A DNA stretch of 64,000 nucleotides, from the NCBI RefSeq assembly GCF_006345805.1, contig NC_043004.1, positions 56,482,001 through 56,546,000 of the forward strand. Reading direction: 5' to 3'. Each line of letters begins with the position of its first letter. Position 1 is the first letter of the stretch. The DNA comes from Octopus sinensis (Eukaryota). A model generated the notes under the pieces. It had not been told where the DNA came from. It searched no databases and saw nothing but the letters and a program-made list of their open reading frames with translations. A program made the translations under genes and the position numbers. Shown piece after piece: positions 1 to 13,832 of this stretch.

Positions 1-31
1 ATGACCCTGTCACAACCATCTTCATCTTCTC

Positions 32-87
32 AATAATAATAATAATAATAATAATGATAATAATAATAATAATAATAATAATAATAT
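32..87. repeat. (AAT)n microsatellite
   Basis: Direct run of AAT units with one GAT variant. Confidence 0.95.
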
Positions 88-190
88 ACTACGTATACTA
101 TGAGTTTCTTTGCCCTAGGATTCGAGAAGACACTCGGCAAGAAATGGAAGCAAATTTGAAAGAAGAAGAAAAAAAGATAACAATAATAAT
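88..190 (+). mobile_element. 3' UTR remnant of an R4/Dong-like non-LTR element inside an (AAT)n tract
   Basis: GAAGCAAATTTGAAAGAAGAAGAA followed by AAT units matches the reverse complement of 30790-30845, where the same tail follows an R4-like C-terminus. Confidence 0.5.
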
Positions 191-1451
191 ATACATAACC
201 CACGATCTCTCTCTCTCACATACACACATATACACACACATGCACACACATACGCGCTTATATGTGTACATAAATATGTACATCTGTTTATTTCATGGGT
301 CAGAGGTAAACGACAATTCTTATATTCTCTGAGGGCCTTTCATGACCATTGAGACTGATACAGTGAATATTTCGTTCAAATACTGAAGTTCAACACCAAA
401 GGAACATAAGTCAATAAGGAATGTATTTACAAAGCGCCCAATCTCTGAGCACCCTGTCACGTTTGTAAAGCTTAAGAAGTGAGGCTATGTAAATGGTCAG
501 CTGATTCACTATACCAGGTGATGCTTGTATTAGAGTGCTTCTAATCTACTGTATGTATAGTAAGCGTACACAATACATTGTTGGTACTTTAAATTATTAA
601 AGAAAAAAGTTGGAGAGAATTCACCGAATCAACGACAGTAATACAAAACTACTAAACATGGGTCTACTAAGATGTTTAGATATATGTCGCTTCAATTCTG
701 TTAAGTCATCTAAGACATTAACCAGGGTCTGTCTAAAGGTTCAATTAATCATTTAAAATAACATTCAAAGGTATCTCTGAGTAGAGACAACATCCTATCT
801 CTTTGAGTTAATAACAGCGATATAAGCAGATGATCTTACCAGTCTTAGATATGGGTGGGGCATGAAGATATTGAAGGCAGAGTCTTTTTTGCTTACCAGA
901 AGAATCAATAAAAGAGGCATGCATGCAACTCTAATTGGGTCACCGTTCATACAGTTAAAAGTACCATCAGCAACCACAGTTGTGCATAAGCTTTCGGCTG
1001 GATAGTCATGAGAAGATAAATGTGTCCACTTTCGTGCTCGGTGTGCGTATTTGCATGTCGAAATGTGTTGGGGCGATTGAAATATTTAGGCAATTGGAGA
1101 CAAACTTCATGATAATATTTGGTCAGAAAATATTAAGATGAATTTAGAACATGAGAAAAATGCGCCCGAGTGAGGACCGATCAACAGAATGTTGGTAAAA
1201 CGTGAGGAATATTATTTGACTTGCGTTTCTATTGAAGAAAATTGGAAGGTAGCATCACCAGAAGTCGGTAATTTGCAATCAGACAATACCTGCTGCAATT
1301 TATATATCAGAAAGGCTTATATAGACACGAATGCTATTTTTGTGTGTTTATCTGCATTAACATATTTCTATATACATCAGCATATTAATTTATATTTACA
1401 AATGTGTGTATATACATATGTATGTATATATATATATTATATATATATATT

Positions 1452-1483
<32 letters not shown>

Positions 1484-1750
1484 CGCGTGTGTGTGTGTGC
1501 GTGTGTGTATGTATGCATACATATATATATACGCACATAAAAATTTTCAATGAATAATTCGCATAAGATATGAATATTATTTATGTGTGTGTTTATCGAG
1601 TGATTTGTTATTTCATTCATGTCTGAACTGCATTTGAAATAAACAGGGCCATCAATTACAAAAAATATAATGCAAGAGCACGTACGCATGCATGAAATCA
1701 CACACAAACCCATACACGCATGTGAAATAGACTTGCACTTCCAACTATGC

Positions 1751-1804
<54 letters not shown>

Positions 1805-2221
1805 TTACATACAGAAAAAGAGACTGCAAGAGAGAGAGAGAGAGAAAGAGAGAAAGAAAGAGAAAGAGAGATGTAGATTGAGTTAGATATTTCGGGCGAT
1901 TAATAATTTTTAGGATTTTTATCAATTTCTGTTTTGTGCTATGTTAAAATTGTGATTATTTTTAGTATATGATTTTTTTCTTCTCTTTTTTACTGATAGT
2001 TGCGTGATGTGAATAAATGGATGACTGAAAGTGAAAATATACAAATGAATAAAGGTAAATGGCATTAAATAATGGTAAACAGCAATAAATACCGAACCAT
2101 CGTATGAATATGTCAGTATAAATACTATATTATCACAATGAATATCCCATATAAAGTCATTGAATATTCAATAGGTACATTATTCAAAATAGCTTGACAC
2201 CTAGGTTTATTAACATTACAC

Positions 2222-2404
<183 letters not shown>

Positions 2405-2866
2405 TGCTTCAAACATACGTACATAAAAATTTCTATATTTATGACCGATCTTGCAATCCAATCGTGGATTCTTCGAGTTGTTTTCAGGTACCATAATGTC
2501 AGTCCTTTTGAGTTGTACTTCTCGTAGTGTAGCTGTCTATTAAGGTTACTGACGAGGGAACAACTCATGATTTATAACCGCGGTACACATGTAGACACAG
2601 CTTTGCATAGCTCATAAGATGTTTCCACTACAAGTGGACTTACAAGAAAATGGTCACTAACCCGGAAAGTCAATGTCGCTTAGAATTAATTGATAGTCGT
2701 TGAATCTAAAAGTTGAATTCCTTCGTCCTTTTGATGAAATATTTACTTTCTATTCTTCGGCGTTGCTAGCATCACTCCTGACCAGATAAGCCTGGTGGTG
2801 TTTATGGTCCCAGTTAAATTCTCGAGGGAGACACAGAGTCGCACGCATATACTCACATATACATTA

Positions 2867-3313
2867 CTAGCAGTATAGCCCGGCGTTGCTTGGGTTTGTT
2901 TTTTAGTCGCGCTTAAAGCGGCAGACTTTGATGTCACGTTAACAAAACTTTGACATAGTTCCACTCTATTTTGAAAAGTAAAAATTTTGCATTATGTAGC
3001 TTGTTATTCTCTTTAAGGAAAACATTTTCCCGGTTGAAATACACCGAAAAATGGCGACACAGCAGTCAAAAAATTGTAAAAAATAGGGGTTTTCATAGAT
3101 AAAAAGCACCTTTTTTTATGTAAATAATTTTTGGTCTTAACATGGTTCGATTTGAATTTTTTCTACTACGGAATGAAGAGCAAGCCTGCTTCTATCATAC
3201 TCTCAATTTTGATCAACTTGCGCCACAGGGTCTCGGAGGAGATAGTGTTAGTTGAAGGCTATTAAACCAGCCACACACACACACACAGAAAACTTCAACT
3301 GTATATGTATAGA
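2867..3313 (-). mobile_element. Non-autonomous Helitron
   Basis: On the minus strand it starts 5'-TC (3313-3312) and ends CTAG (2870-2867), inserted between A and T, with a GC-rich subterminal hairpin. The terminus nearly matches that of 16346-16734. Confidence 0.75.
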
Positions 3314-3882
3314 TTATTTGAATCTGATTTAGTTATGTACTTTGAATAAACATATATGAATGTGTAGTAAATATATCCCATCTATAATAAACATATATTT
3401 TGTTTATTTTCCAAATAGGTAGCGTAATTAACAGATATCATTCGACAACTTCATCTCGGTTATGGTCACTCTGTGGTTGGTTGCTAATGTCTTTGTATAC
3501 TTATAATTGAATATATTCTCTTGTGCAGAGATAGCTATCCGTAACATAGGTTTTGCTGGACATAGAGAACTGGAGGCCTTTGGTGAACTGTATTTATTTT
3601 TCAGGAAGAAATGTTATCAGAAGAAATAAACCTTTAACCAAAATAAAACCAGTGATGCAACGCATTCTCTCTCTGTATAATGGGATCGATTGATATCTGA
3701 CATACGACAAATCATTATCTACACTGAATACACAGCCTATAATTAGTTTATTACTTTCAAAGCCGATGCTGCTGCATTTATGAGCGAATAAATGTGCACA
3801 TATATATATAATATATATATATAATATATATATAATAATATATATAATAATATATAATATAATATATATATATAATATATAT

Positions 3883-4243
3883 ATATAATAAAGGCTCCCA
3901 AATAAGAAAGCAAGTGCTAGAAATACAAAGAGAGATAAATTCATCAATGGAATGAAAATCAAACACATTTACCATTACAGATGTATCCCAGACTGATCAG
4001 TTTCTACCTCTTTCTAGCAAAACTTACAGAATATGTTTGCTAAGGCAAGGTTTGTCAGTGGGTAGCCTTCTAAATCCTAGATACACAGAGCGTTAGAGCA
4101 CGTGTAGCTCTAACGGTTTGTAGAAACTGATCAGTCTGGGATACATCTATAATGGTAAATGTTTTTGATTTTCATTCCTTTGATGAATTTATCCCTCTTT
4201 GCGTTTTAGCACTTGCTTCTTTATTTGGGAGCCTTTATTATAT
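3883..4243. mobile_element. MITE-like foldback with ~125-bp terminal inverted repeats
   Basis: ATATAATAAAGGCTCCCAAATAA...CAGACTGATCAGTTTCTAC (3883-~4004) is the near-exact reverse complement of ~4119-4243. Internal hairpin CGTTAGAGC-N7-GCTCTAACG at 4091-4115. Confidence 0.75.
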
Positions 4244-4331
4244 TTCTATATGAATAATATATTGTCTAATGACTAATTCGTCTTTTGTGCTAGGCCACTG
4301 GTAATAATAACTTATGTTATTACCCTTTTTG

Positions 4332-4387
<56 letters not shown>

Positions 4388-4390
<3 letters not shown>

Positions 4391-4624
4391 GTGCCCTTTT
4401 AAAGCCTAGCCAGGATCATGACCCCGGTTTCCGGGTTTCATGGCGCATGTGTTCCCCTGCTGGACGGGACGCCAGTCCATCGAGGTGTTACTCATTTTCG
4501 CCAGCTGAGTGGACTGATGCAACGTGAAATGAAGTGTTTTGCTCAAAGCGTCGCCCGGTCCAAGAATCGAAATCACAATCTTAAGATCATGAGGCTGACA
4601 CCCTAACCACTAAGCCACGCGCCT
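4388..4624 (-). mobile_element. tRNA-derived SINE (family C, working name)
   Basis: Minus-strand head GGCGCGTGGCTTAGTGGTTAG with a B-box-like segment. The core TTCACGTTG..CAGT.CACTCAG is shared with 25530-25860. Confidence 0.75.
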
Positions 4625-4716
4625 GCACACACACACACACACACATATACATACACACTCACAGGCATACATATACATATATGCGTTTATGTATTTATAT
4701 TATGATCTTGCTTTGA

Positions 4717-4829
4717 CATGGTTCCAGGTTCAGTCCCACTGCGTAGCACCTTGTTGTCTTCTACTAAAGCCTCGGGCCGACCAAAGCCTTGAGAGTGGAT
4801 TTGGTAGATGGAAACCGAAAGAAGCCTGT

Positions 4830-4900
<71 letters not shown>

Positions 4901-5124
4901 ACATGTATGTGTGTGTATATGTTTGTGTGTCTGTGTTTGTGCCCCCAACATCGCTTGACAACCGATGCCGGTGTGCTTACATCCCCGTAACCTAACGGTT
5001 CGGCAAAAGAGACCGATAGAATAAGTACTAGGCTTACAAAGAATAAGTCCTGGGGTCAATTTGCTCGACTAAAGGCGGTGCTCCAGCATGGCCACAGTCG
5101 AATGATTGAAACAAGTAAAAGAGT
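4717..5124 (+). mobile_element. SINE family A (working name), 5'-truncated
   Basis: GGTTCAGTCCCACTGCG...GTGGATTTGGTAGA.GGAAAC, internal (TA)n, tail GGCGGTGCTCCAGCATGGCC...AAGTAAAAGAG. Confidence 0.9.
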
Positions 5125-6090
5125 ATATATGTATATATATATATATATATTTACACATACGTATAAGCACAGCCATAGACACGCACATACAGATACGCGC
5201 GCGCACATACACACACACATACACGACTTCTTGCTCATTTAACATAGGAGGAATCGATGGCCTACCCTTAGTCACGAATATAATTCATCAATATGATGCT
5301 CAATAACATCTAATTTGGGTCATGTGGTTGCGTAGATGTTTGCTTAACCTTAAGTGTCACATACACTATGCTTACCATAAAAAAAAAGACAGGCGGAATT
5401 GAGAATTGTCAATATCTCCTAAAATGCATTTTGCGAGGAAATGTAGGTGATTACTTGCCCAGTAATTACTTCATAAACTCTGAAAAACATGAATTATGAA
5501 TTAGGCAGTTAGCGGCGAGAAAATTTGAATTGAAAATGCAGGAGAGACATAATTAAATACCAGAAGACATACACATATTTTTGCTCGGATTTCTACCAGT
5601 TATACTAATTCATCATTTACACTCATAATAGTATGGATCACTATTGTCTTGATGCTCCAAAATTAATAGTAGCTGTCCAAGGTTTCAGATCTCCAAATAA
5701 TTACACAATTACAAAGCTTCAAGAGCAAGTGTGGTTTCTGAAAGCATCTTTAAAAATATATTACTCTGGTTTAAAGAAACTATGTATGAAATCTGCACAC
5801 CTAAAATATAATTGCTCCCGTGAAGATAAACAAATAAAACTAGTTAACCATGGTTCTGCTGATGCGTCAAATATTTTCTTTGTTTGAGTAAACTTTTAGA
5901 ATCAGTTTCGTATGAGAATGTTTTTGCTATTTTCAACGAAATTCGTTTTTTCTCTATAAATATTTGATGACCGCTTTGGTCGAAAGTGTTTTGGAGAGGA
6001 AAATAGAATTTGCTAAAGACAAGCGTTACAAGTAATATCCGTATGACTTGTAAAATGGCGACAGATATCTCTCAAATCATCAGTTTCTTA

Positions 6091-6478
6091 TACTCTCCCT
6101 TTTAGTCTGTTACTTGTTTTAGTCATTTGGCTGCGGCCATGCTGGAGCACCGACTTTAGTCGAGCAAATCGACCCCAGGACTTATTCTCTGTAAGCCAAG
6201 TATTTTATTCTATCGGCTTCTGTTGCTGAACTGGTAAGTTACGGGGACGTTGTGGGGACAAACACAAACACATAAACATACACACACACACACACATATA
6301 TATATACATATATACAACAGGCTTCTTTCAGTTTCCGTCTACCAAATCCATTCACAAAGCTTTAGTCAGCTCGAGGCTATAGTAGAAGACACTTGCCCAA
6401 AGTCCCACGCAGTGCGACTGAAACCGGAACCATGTGGCTGGTAAGCTAGCTACTTACCACACAGACACTCCTGCGCCT
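6091..6478 (-). mobile_element. SINE family A
   Basis: Reverse complement of the family A head GGCGCAGGAGTG.CTGTGTGGTAAGTAGC through to the tail. Target site unoccupied. Confidence 0.9.
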
Positions 6479-6639
6479 ATATTCATGAAAAGAAGATAAT
6501 ACATAATATAGTTCTGGATGCACTTAGTCAGACGTATAAAAGTACACCTGAGTGTTATAGTTTGAACGTTATTCATCAAAGATCTGCTAAAACAGAAAAT
6601 TAGAAAAAAACAAAAACCACAAAAAAATGTGTCATATAC

Positions 6640-6848
6640 GAATGTCGACATAGGGTGAATATTAAATGCAATAAATGTCGGACAGTTAGTGTCGAAATAT
6701 TTTAATTGCTTTAACAGCAATGGTTCAGCACCATTCTCGAAGATGTTAAGGCGATTGTTTTCAATGTAACTGAACATCAGAAGTAGTATTTCACATTGCT
6801 TAATGAAGGTGATATCAATAATATATGTGTCTCGAAGAGAGGACGGAT
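6640..6848 (-). CDS. Candidate host exon with a segment resembling an armadillo-type helical repeat
   Basis: Lies within a 139-aa stop-free frame in AT-rich DNA: CEILLLMFSYIENNRLNIFENGAEPLLLKQLKY. AG acceptor at 6850-6849; no clear donor, so the end is approximate. Confidence 0.25.
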
Positions 6849-6917
6849 CTATCATTTTAAACAATACATTCATTTGAAAAGTATGAAGATATTCTTATGA
6901 ATGCTTAATAATAGCCA

Positions 6918-7285
6918 CAGGCGTGGGTGTGTGAGAAGAAGCTTGCTTCCCAATTAAATGTTTATGGATTCAGTCCCATGCGTGATACTTTAGGCAAGTG
7001 TCTCATATTGTAGCCTTGGGCCGACCAAATCCGTCTAAATAGATTTCGCAGATGGAAACTGAAAGAAGCTCGTGGTATATAGATATATGTGTGTGTATCC
7101 ATATTTGTATGTTTTATGCGTGTGTGTGTCTTTGTGTATGTGTTAAAAACCGGTGTCGATATGTTTAAAACCTCGTAACTTAGCGGCGTGGCAGAAGTGT
7201 CCGCTAGAATGAGCACCGGGTTTTATAAGAAAATATTAAGTACTGGGGTCGATAAGCTAGACTAAAATTCTTGAAAACGGTACCC
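6918..7285 (+). mobile_element. Diverged SINE family A-like copy
   Basis: Degenerate head, GGAAACTGAAAGAAGC core and GGGGTCGAT tail motif. Confidence 0.75.
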
Positions 7286-7553
7286 TTCCATAGTTCATTT
7301 TTACTTTAAATGTGGACTAAATATAACCACTGTTGCTGCTTAGTCTTAGGTTTTGAACATGACGACCCTTATGTCATTTAATTCAGCGGGTTTTAAAACA
7401 GTAAATAATAGCGTCCTCTATATTAAAGACATATTGTCACCACTGACACTCTTTAGGACAAAATACAACTTGCATTCATAGAATTCGTTCAATGCTGATG
7501 CGTTGGACAATTTTGAAAAAAGGTTAATAGTATGTGATGTATTGAAAGAAGGT

Positions 7554-7938
7554 GGAGGCGCAATGGCCCAGTGGTTAGGGCAGCGGACTCGCGGTCATAG
7601 GATCGCGGTTTCGATTCCCAGACTGGGCATTGTGAGTGTTTATTGAGCGAAAACACCTAAAGCCCCACGAGGCTCCGGCAGGGGATGGTGGTGATCCCTG
7701 CTGTACTCTTTCACCACAACTTTCTCTCACTCTTACTTCCTGTTTCTGTTGTACCTGTATTTCAAAGGGCCGGCCTTGTCACTCTGTGTCACGCTGAATA
7801 TCCCCGAGAACTACGTTAAGGGTACACGTGTCTGTGGAGTGCTCAGCCACTTACACGTTAATTTCACGAGCAGGCTGTTCCGTTGATTTGGGTCAACTGG
7901 AACCCTCGTCGTCGTAACCGACAGAGAGCTTCCAATAA
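7554..7938 (+). mobile_element. tRNA-derived SINE (family B, working name) with 23-bp TSD
   Basis: A box TGGCCCAGTGGTTAG and B-box-like GTTTCGATTCC. Perfect flanking repeat TATGTGATGTATTGAAAGAAGGT at 7531-7553 and 7939-7961. Confidence 0.9.
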
Positions 7939-9878
7939 TATGTGATGTATTGAAAGAAGGTCATTTTGCCAATACAGCAGCACGGTGTTCATATTTCACT
8001 TTTAATTACAGGTCAGTTAAGAATAGTGGTTTGGCAGCATTATTAAGGAGTCAGACAAAATGGTTACCAGGTTTTTATCTCGAATGTTCGAATCGTGCTA
8101 TGGTCAACTTCGCCATTTATCTTTTCGGGGCGATAAAAAAAAACAACAAATTATTGAAATTTAATTGACTAACTCCGACCAGCTAAACATTTTAAAAAAT
8201 CAATTGCCTGACGTATCATTTAATCAATGACTCGATTATTTTACCAATTATTTGAAGAAACTGTCAGCCGTTTTATCTCGGTAGTTTCGCTGCCATCTCA
8301 AGAGCCAGTGGTACATACTCATCAGCCCTGATCTGCAAAAATCTACGTTCATTGTGTTATCTCAGTAATTAGGATTACCTGTATTTTATCAATTTTATTA
8401 AAAGTTGCAGTTTTGATATCCCTCTTTCAATTGTCAAAGGCATTAACCCCTATGCGGAGCACTGCCTTAGTTTCTCACATGGTTTGATTTCAAACCTTGG
8501 TTCCCCTTTCAAATCTTTGCAGTTGCTATACTAAATAGCAGATAAATAAAGCGACATTTGATTCGATAACACATAGTGGGGACACACACACACACACACG
8601 TGTGTGTGTGTGCCTGTGTGTATATATGTATCTTAATGAATGACTAAGGAGCATCTTAAATCTCTTTCTACTAAAAGATTTAGTGTAGTCAGATCTGACC
8701 TTATGGTTAACGTCATATTTTGGAGAGCAGTTAAACATGCATACACACATACATAGATACATACAATATAAGCTAACACATACATACACACACATATGCT
8801 AACACATGTAAATATATATATACGTGTATTTGAATGTATATAGCTGGCTACATAGATAGATATTGTGACACGGATAGAAATACCTAATATAACAGTTCTA
8901 AACTATCAACCAGCACCGTTAATTAGAGAAACGTAAATGTAAAAACTCAAATATATTTGTTTACTATTCACTTATTAGCTAATTAATTAACTTATTTATT
9001 TATTCATTCATCCATTCTTTTCTTTATTCTATTTGATCTCCGCTTTGTACAACATTAATTTCTCTGTTAATTACTTTGTCGCTAAACTAGAAAATGGTTT
9101 TCTTTCTAGTCATACATTTTCCTGCCGTCGATTAGGTGGTGAGGTTAGTTGTTTCTCAACGTATTTAAGACACAGGGCGTATCAGAAATGGTGCGACACA
9201 AACGAACAAGATGCCTTCAACCAAGGAGCTATTCCTTTTATCTATTGGAACTCTGCAGTTCTTGATATTGTATAGCTTAAACATTTAAATCAAAGCGTGT
9301 TTTCTTACGGGGAGGGAATATAACATAAACAAAATCGATCAGCTGAGATGAAGAAGAAGAAAACGTTTGATATTATAACAAATCAAAAACTCTACGCATG
9401 TATTTCTCCCTATAGGAAATTTCCGAAACGGAAGATCAATAACACCGGTTAGGAACTGAAATCACTTAAATCCTATTACCTGGTTTATCGCTTGGAAATA
9501 ATAAAACAAGTGGATTAGAAAGTAAAGCCGAGGTCATTTTATCAGCGTGCTGCTATGTTGATGGTGTTGAAGGGTAATAACGATAACCCGGCTTTCAGAT
9601 GACCAAAGTGAGGCGACATATTACTAGTATTGGAGCGGAAATAAATAGCTGTGACCTTCACATTTCTTCTCTCCATTTCTGATCAATAAGATTATACGTT
9701 GTCTTCTTTGATTATCGACGAATGCAATTGTACGCCTAGAAAATCAGTGCCAACCACATCGATACATAACACTGCGCATTTATTTACTTGTTGCCTCATA
9801 CCTGTTCTAATCTTATATACACACAAACAAACGCGCGTAAGGAACAAATACTTGTGTGTGTGCGTGTGTGGATATAAT

Positions 9879-9952
<74 letters not shown>

Positions 9953-9978
9953 CACTCCACCCCATATATAAATAGGTG

Positions 9979-10290
9979 GGGAGGCACATGACCTAGTGTG
10001 TTAGAGCAGTGGATTCGTTTTGTCGATATATTGCGGGTTCAATCTCAGACCGGGTGATATGTGTGTTTATGCGCGAAACACCTAAGTTCCACACGGCGCC
10101 GGTAGAAGGTAATGGTGAGGTGACTCTTTCGCCACAACTTTCTCTCACTCTTTCCTCCTGCATCTAGCAGCTCACCTGCGACGGACCGGCGTCCCGTCCA
10201 GGTGGGGAACCTACACGCCAAGGAAACAGGGAAACCGGCCGTAATGAGCCAGGCATGACTCGAAATGGAACAAACAAAACAAACAAACAT
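9979..10290 (+). mobile_element. SINE with family B-type head/core and a tail resembling family C
   Basis: CCACAACTTTCTCTCACTCT core shared with 7554-7938. The GGAAACCGG..ATGAGCC tail resembles the minus-strand tail at 4388-4450. Confidence 0.7.
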
Positions 10291-10305
10291 ATAAATAGGT
10301 AATAG

Positions 10306-10339
<34 letters not shown>

Positions 10340-10374
10340 CGTTGACACAAAGTCAGCAAAATCGGGAGAGGAGT

Positions 10375-10515
10375 ATAAGTCGATTAGATGAATTCGAACT
10401 GGTACTGTTCTTATCACTTCCGAAATGATGAAATGCGAAGTCGACCTCAGCAGAATTTGAGTTCAGAATATAAAGACGGACGGAATGCCGCCAATCATTT
10501 AGTCCAGCTGCCGTG
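10375..10515 (-). mobile_element. Degenerate Meta-domain-like SINE (family D) fragment
   Basis: Reverse complement of TTCTGA.CTCAAATTC.GC.GAGGTCGACTT.GC.TTTCATC. Confidence 0.65.
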
Positions 10516-10953
10516 CAGACGAATCTGACAGCCTTACATAGGTATATGTACATATATTAAGGCAAAGTGGTGTGAGAAATATAGAGATTGGCTGAAAGCA
10601 AATTAAACCGTTTTTGATGTAGATCTCCATAAAAATATTCTGAAATTAAAAAAAGTACTGATTTACATTTCTCAGGGAAATTTAAGAGGTAAAAACAAGA
10701 GTGTATATACACTGGTGATAGAAATATAAGTATAAAGGTATAAATGGTTATACATACATACACACACATACCACTGTGTGTATGTGTGTTTGTTTGTTTG
10801 TTTGTGTGTGTGTGTGTGTGTTTCCGTGTGTATATTTGTAATTGAGGCGTTTGGCAGTGCCATTTTGATGACATTAATGTTTTATAGAATCTACGCACAG
10901 ACGTGCTTTGTGATAAGAATGTGTGTGTGTGCGTCTGTGTGCGTGTGCGTGTG

Positions 10954-10984
<31 letters not shown>

Positions 10985-11255
10985 GTATTAGTGTGTTTGT
11001 GTGTATCTGTGTGTGCTCACCTTTGTATATCTACTTCACAACCGGTGTGTGGTATATTTACGTCTTCGTAAAGAACCGATGAAATAAGTACCATACCTAA
11101 GAATAATACAAGTGCTGGGAGGCGATAAGTTCGACCAAATATTCCAGTACATGTGGAATCCTATATCTGTCACAATATATGCGTACCTTTAACGATAATG
11201 ATTAGGTGTGTACAGCAGATTGCCGTTTTTGTATGTACTCGACAAACTAGTGAAC

Positions 11256-11287
<32 letters not shown>

Positions 11288-11499
11288 AATATATATAGTA
11301 ATATATATATAGATATATATATATACATATATATATATACATAACATATATATATATACATATACATACATACACATATATATGCATATATATGTATGTA
11401 TATACAACAGTCATATATATATATATGTATGTATGTATGCATATATATACACAACTCACATAATATTTGTGTAGATATGTATGTATATATATGATTTAT

Positions 11500-11547
11500 A
11501 AAACATAACTAAAACATAACTAAAAACATAACTAAAAACATAACTAA
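11500..11547. repeat. 11-bp minisatellite (AAAACATAACT)x4
   Basis: Seen directly. Confidence 0.9.
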
Positions 11548-11589
11548 ATGGATAATATATATTTGTGTATGTACGTATTTATGTATGTA

Positions 11590-11699
<110 letters not shown>

Positions 11700-12051
11700 T
11701 AGAAGATATGTATATATACACTTTTTTTGTAGGTTCTGTTTACATTAATCTTGTTTAGATCATAGAGTGTAAAAGTAATATAATTGAAGGGCCAAGGATG
11801 AACGACTCAGAAACAAGAAACGTAACCCGTACTTGACCCTGAAAATCACCAGCGACCTTTCCGTCACCTTACAGAATTATTATACGAGGGAGACGCGACT
11901 GATCTTCGTTTCTGTCTTGAGAACAATAATGGAAACTGAATGGTTTTCGTTTGTATACTTTTTAGTTTTGTGTATTCTCACTCATCCTTCACGGCATTAA
12001 TTATATTTTCCTTATATTTCTATACGTATATGTAATATATATGTATGTATG

Positions 12052-12085
<34 letters not shown>

Positions 12086-12122
12086 TGTATGTATGTATGT
12101 AGTATGTATGTGATGTATTATA

Positions 12123-12169
<47 letters not shown>

Positions 12170-12294
12170 ATGTGTGTATGTGTCTATGTATGTATGGGTT
12201 CAGGTATCCTTGCATGCGCACACATTTATAGTTGAATATATGTATATATATATATGTGTGTGTTTATATATATAATCACTATATATGTTATATG

Positions 12295-12325
<31 letters not shown>

Positions 12326-12739
12326 CGTAGATGCATATGTAAACGTGTTCAAATATATATATATGTGCGTTTGTGTTGGTAAATGTTTCTCTGGTTGTGT
12401 TTATGGTGGATTGTGAATATATGAGTGAGGTATAGAGACTGAGTCACAGACAACGGCGAAGAAATGCCAGATTAAAATATCATGTATATTTGAGAAATGC
12501 AAAGAGACTCACACACAAATAATACAACGAGAAATGAGATTGGTGATAGCAATAGAAAAGTTTTATTTAGAAAAGAGATTAAGTGTGATGTGGTAAGAAT
12601 AGGCGATGAACACCTACTTAAACTTATTCGTTCATGATTTGCACACTGATTAATGCATAACCATAGGCTTATAATCACTTATATACTCTTGTGCCGAGAA
12701 ATACATGCATATTTATGTGGTATGCTATGTACTACTGTC

Positions 12740-13107
12740 GCAATCATCATCATGATATTCCTGATCATGATCATCATCATCATGATCATCATAATCATCA
12801 TCATCATCATTTTCACCACTACCATCATCGTCATCATCGTCGGCATCATCAACGTCGTCGTCGTTGTCGGCGTCATCGTCGTTGTCATGGTATCGTAGCC
12901 GAGTCCGTCGTCATCGTGGCCGTGTTCGTCGTCGTCGGAGTCGCCGTCATCGTTTCCAAAGCCTCCGTAGTCGTTGTCTTCATCATCATCAACATCATCA
13001 TCATCGCCATCATCGTCATAATCGTCATCATTGTTATTGTCATCGTCATCGTCATCGTCGTCATCGCCGTCATCATCGTCATTATAGCCATCATCATCAT
13101 CATCGTC

Positions 13108-13138
<31 letters not shown>

Positions 13139-13150
13139 CAATCATCGTCT
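12740..13150. repeat. Imperfect (CAT)n/(CGT)n trinucleotide tract
   Basis: Seen directly; explains the poly-His/Ile/Met ORFs. Confidence 0.9.
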
Positions 13151-13832
13151 TTATTGTTCTAATGGCCATGTTTCCGTACTTAAATACATCACACGGATTT
13201 AATTGAAGGATACTTTTCACAGCCGGATGACGTGAGCCATATTTTTCCACGACCTGTTTCCATAGAAGATTCGAGACTAGTGACAATTCCTGATCATAGC
13301 CGCTATAAACATTTACAAGAATTACACTATTTCAAGTTACGGCAGCACATACGCACATACATACTTATACATACAAACATCACACATTCGCACACATATA
13401 TCTTTTAGTTTCCATCTAACGAATTCACTCTCTTGTCTTTTGTCTCGTTTTTTATATACACACATGTACATAGGCATACGTGCATACTTGCATAAAAAAT
13501 TTTGGTAACTTGATTAAAATTGACCAGTATGAAAATAGAAGTCAGGATGACCATTACAAAATGATGATTCACTTAACCACCAGCACAATGTAGGTGTCGA
13601 CTATCTTTACTGTTTGATTTGACCGATTTTCTTGGACCAACAACTTTCAGCTGACTTATTTATTTCGGCATTTCTTCAACAACACGTGGATCATTTAAAA
13701 ACTATCCTGCATTGAAAACCCTAAATATAGCCCTTAATGAAACTTAAAATACACATTTGGAAAGTTACGAGGCACGAGTAAAAGACTGCAAAATCTCAGA
13801 ATCACTTACTCTTTCCAATTCGAGGAGTTTAG

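Noticed and set aside
540-1340. Non-repetitive, moderately complex sequence, possibly an old TE or exon
   Set aside because: No motif or terminal structure that I can support.
7554-7630. tRNA-like sequence (also the heads at 4624, 25860 and 33658)
   Set aside because: No complete acceptor stem, and each continues into SINE body sequence; these are SINE heads, not tRNA genes.
12653-13286. His/Ile/Met-rich ORFs up to 171 aa
   Set aside because: All frames are open only because of the CAT/CGT repeat; no unique coding signal.
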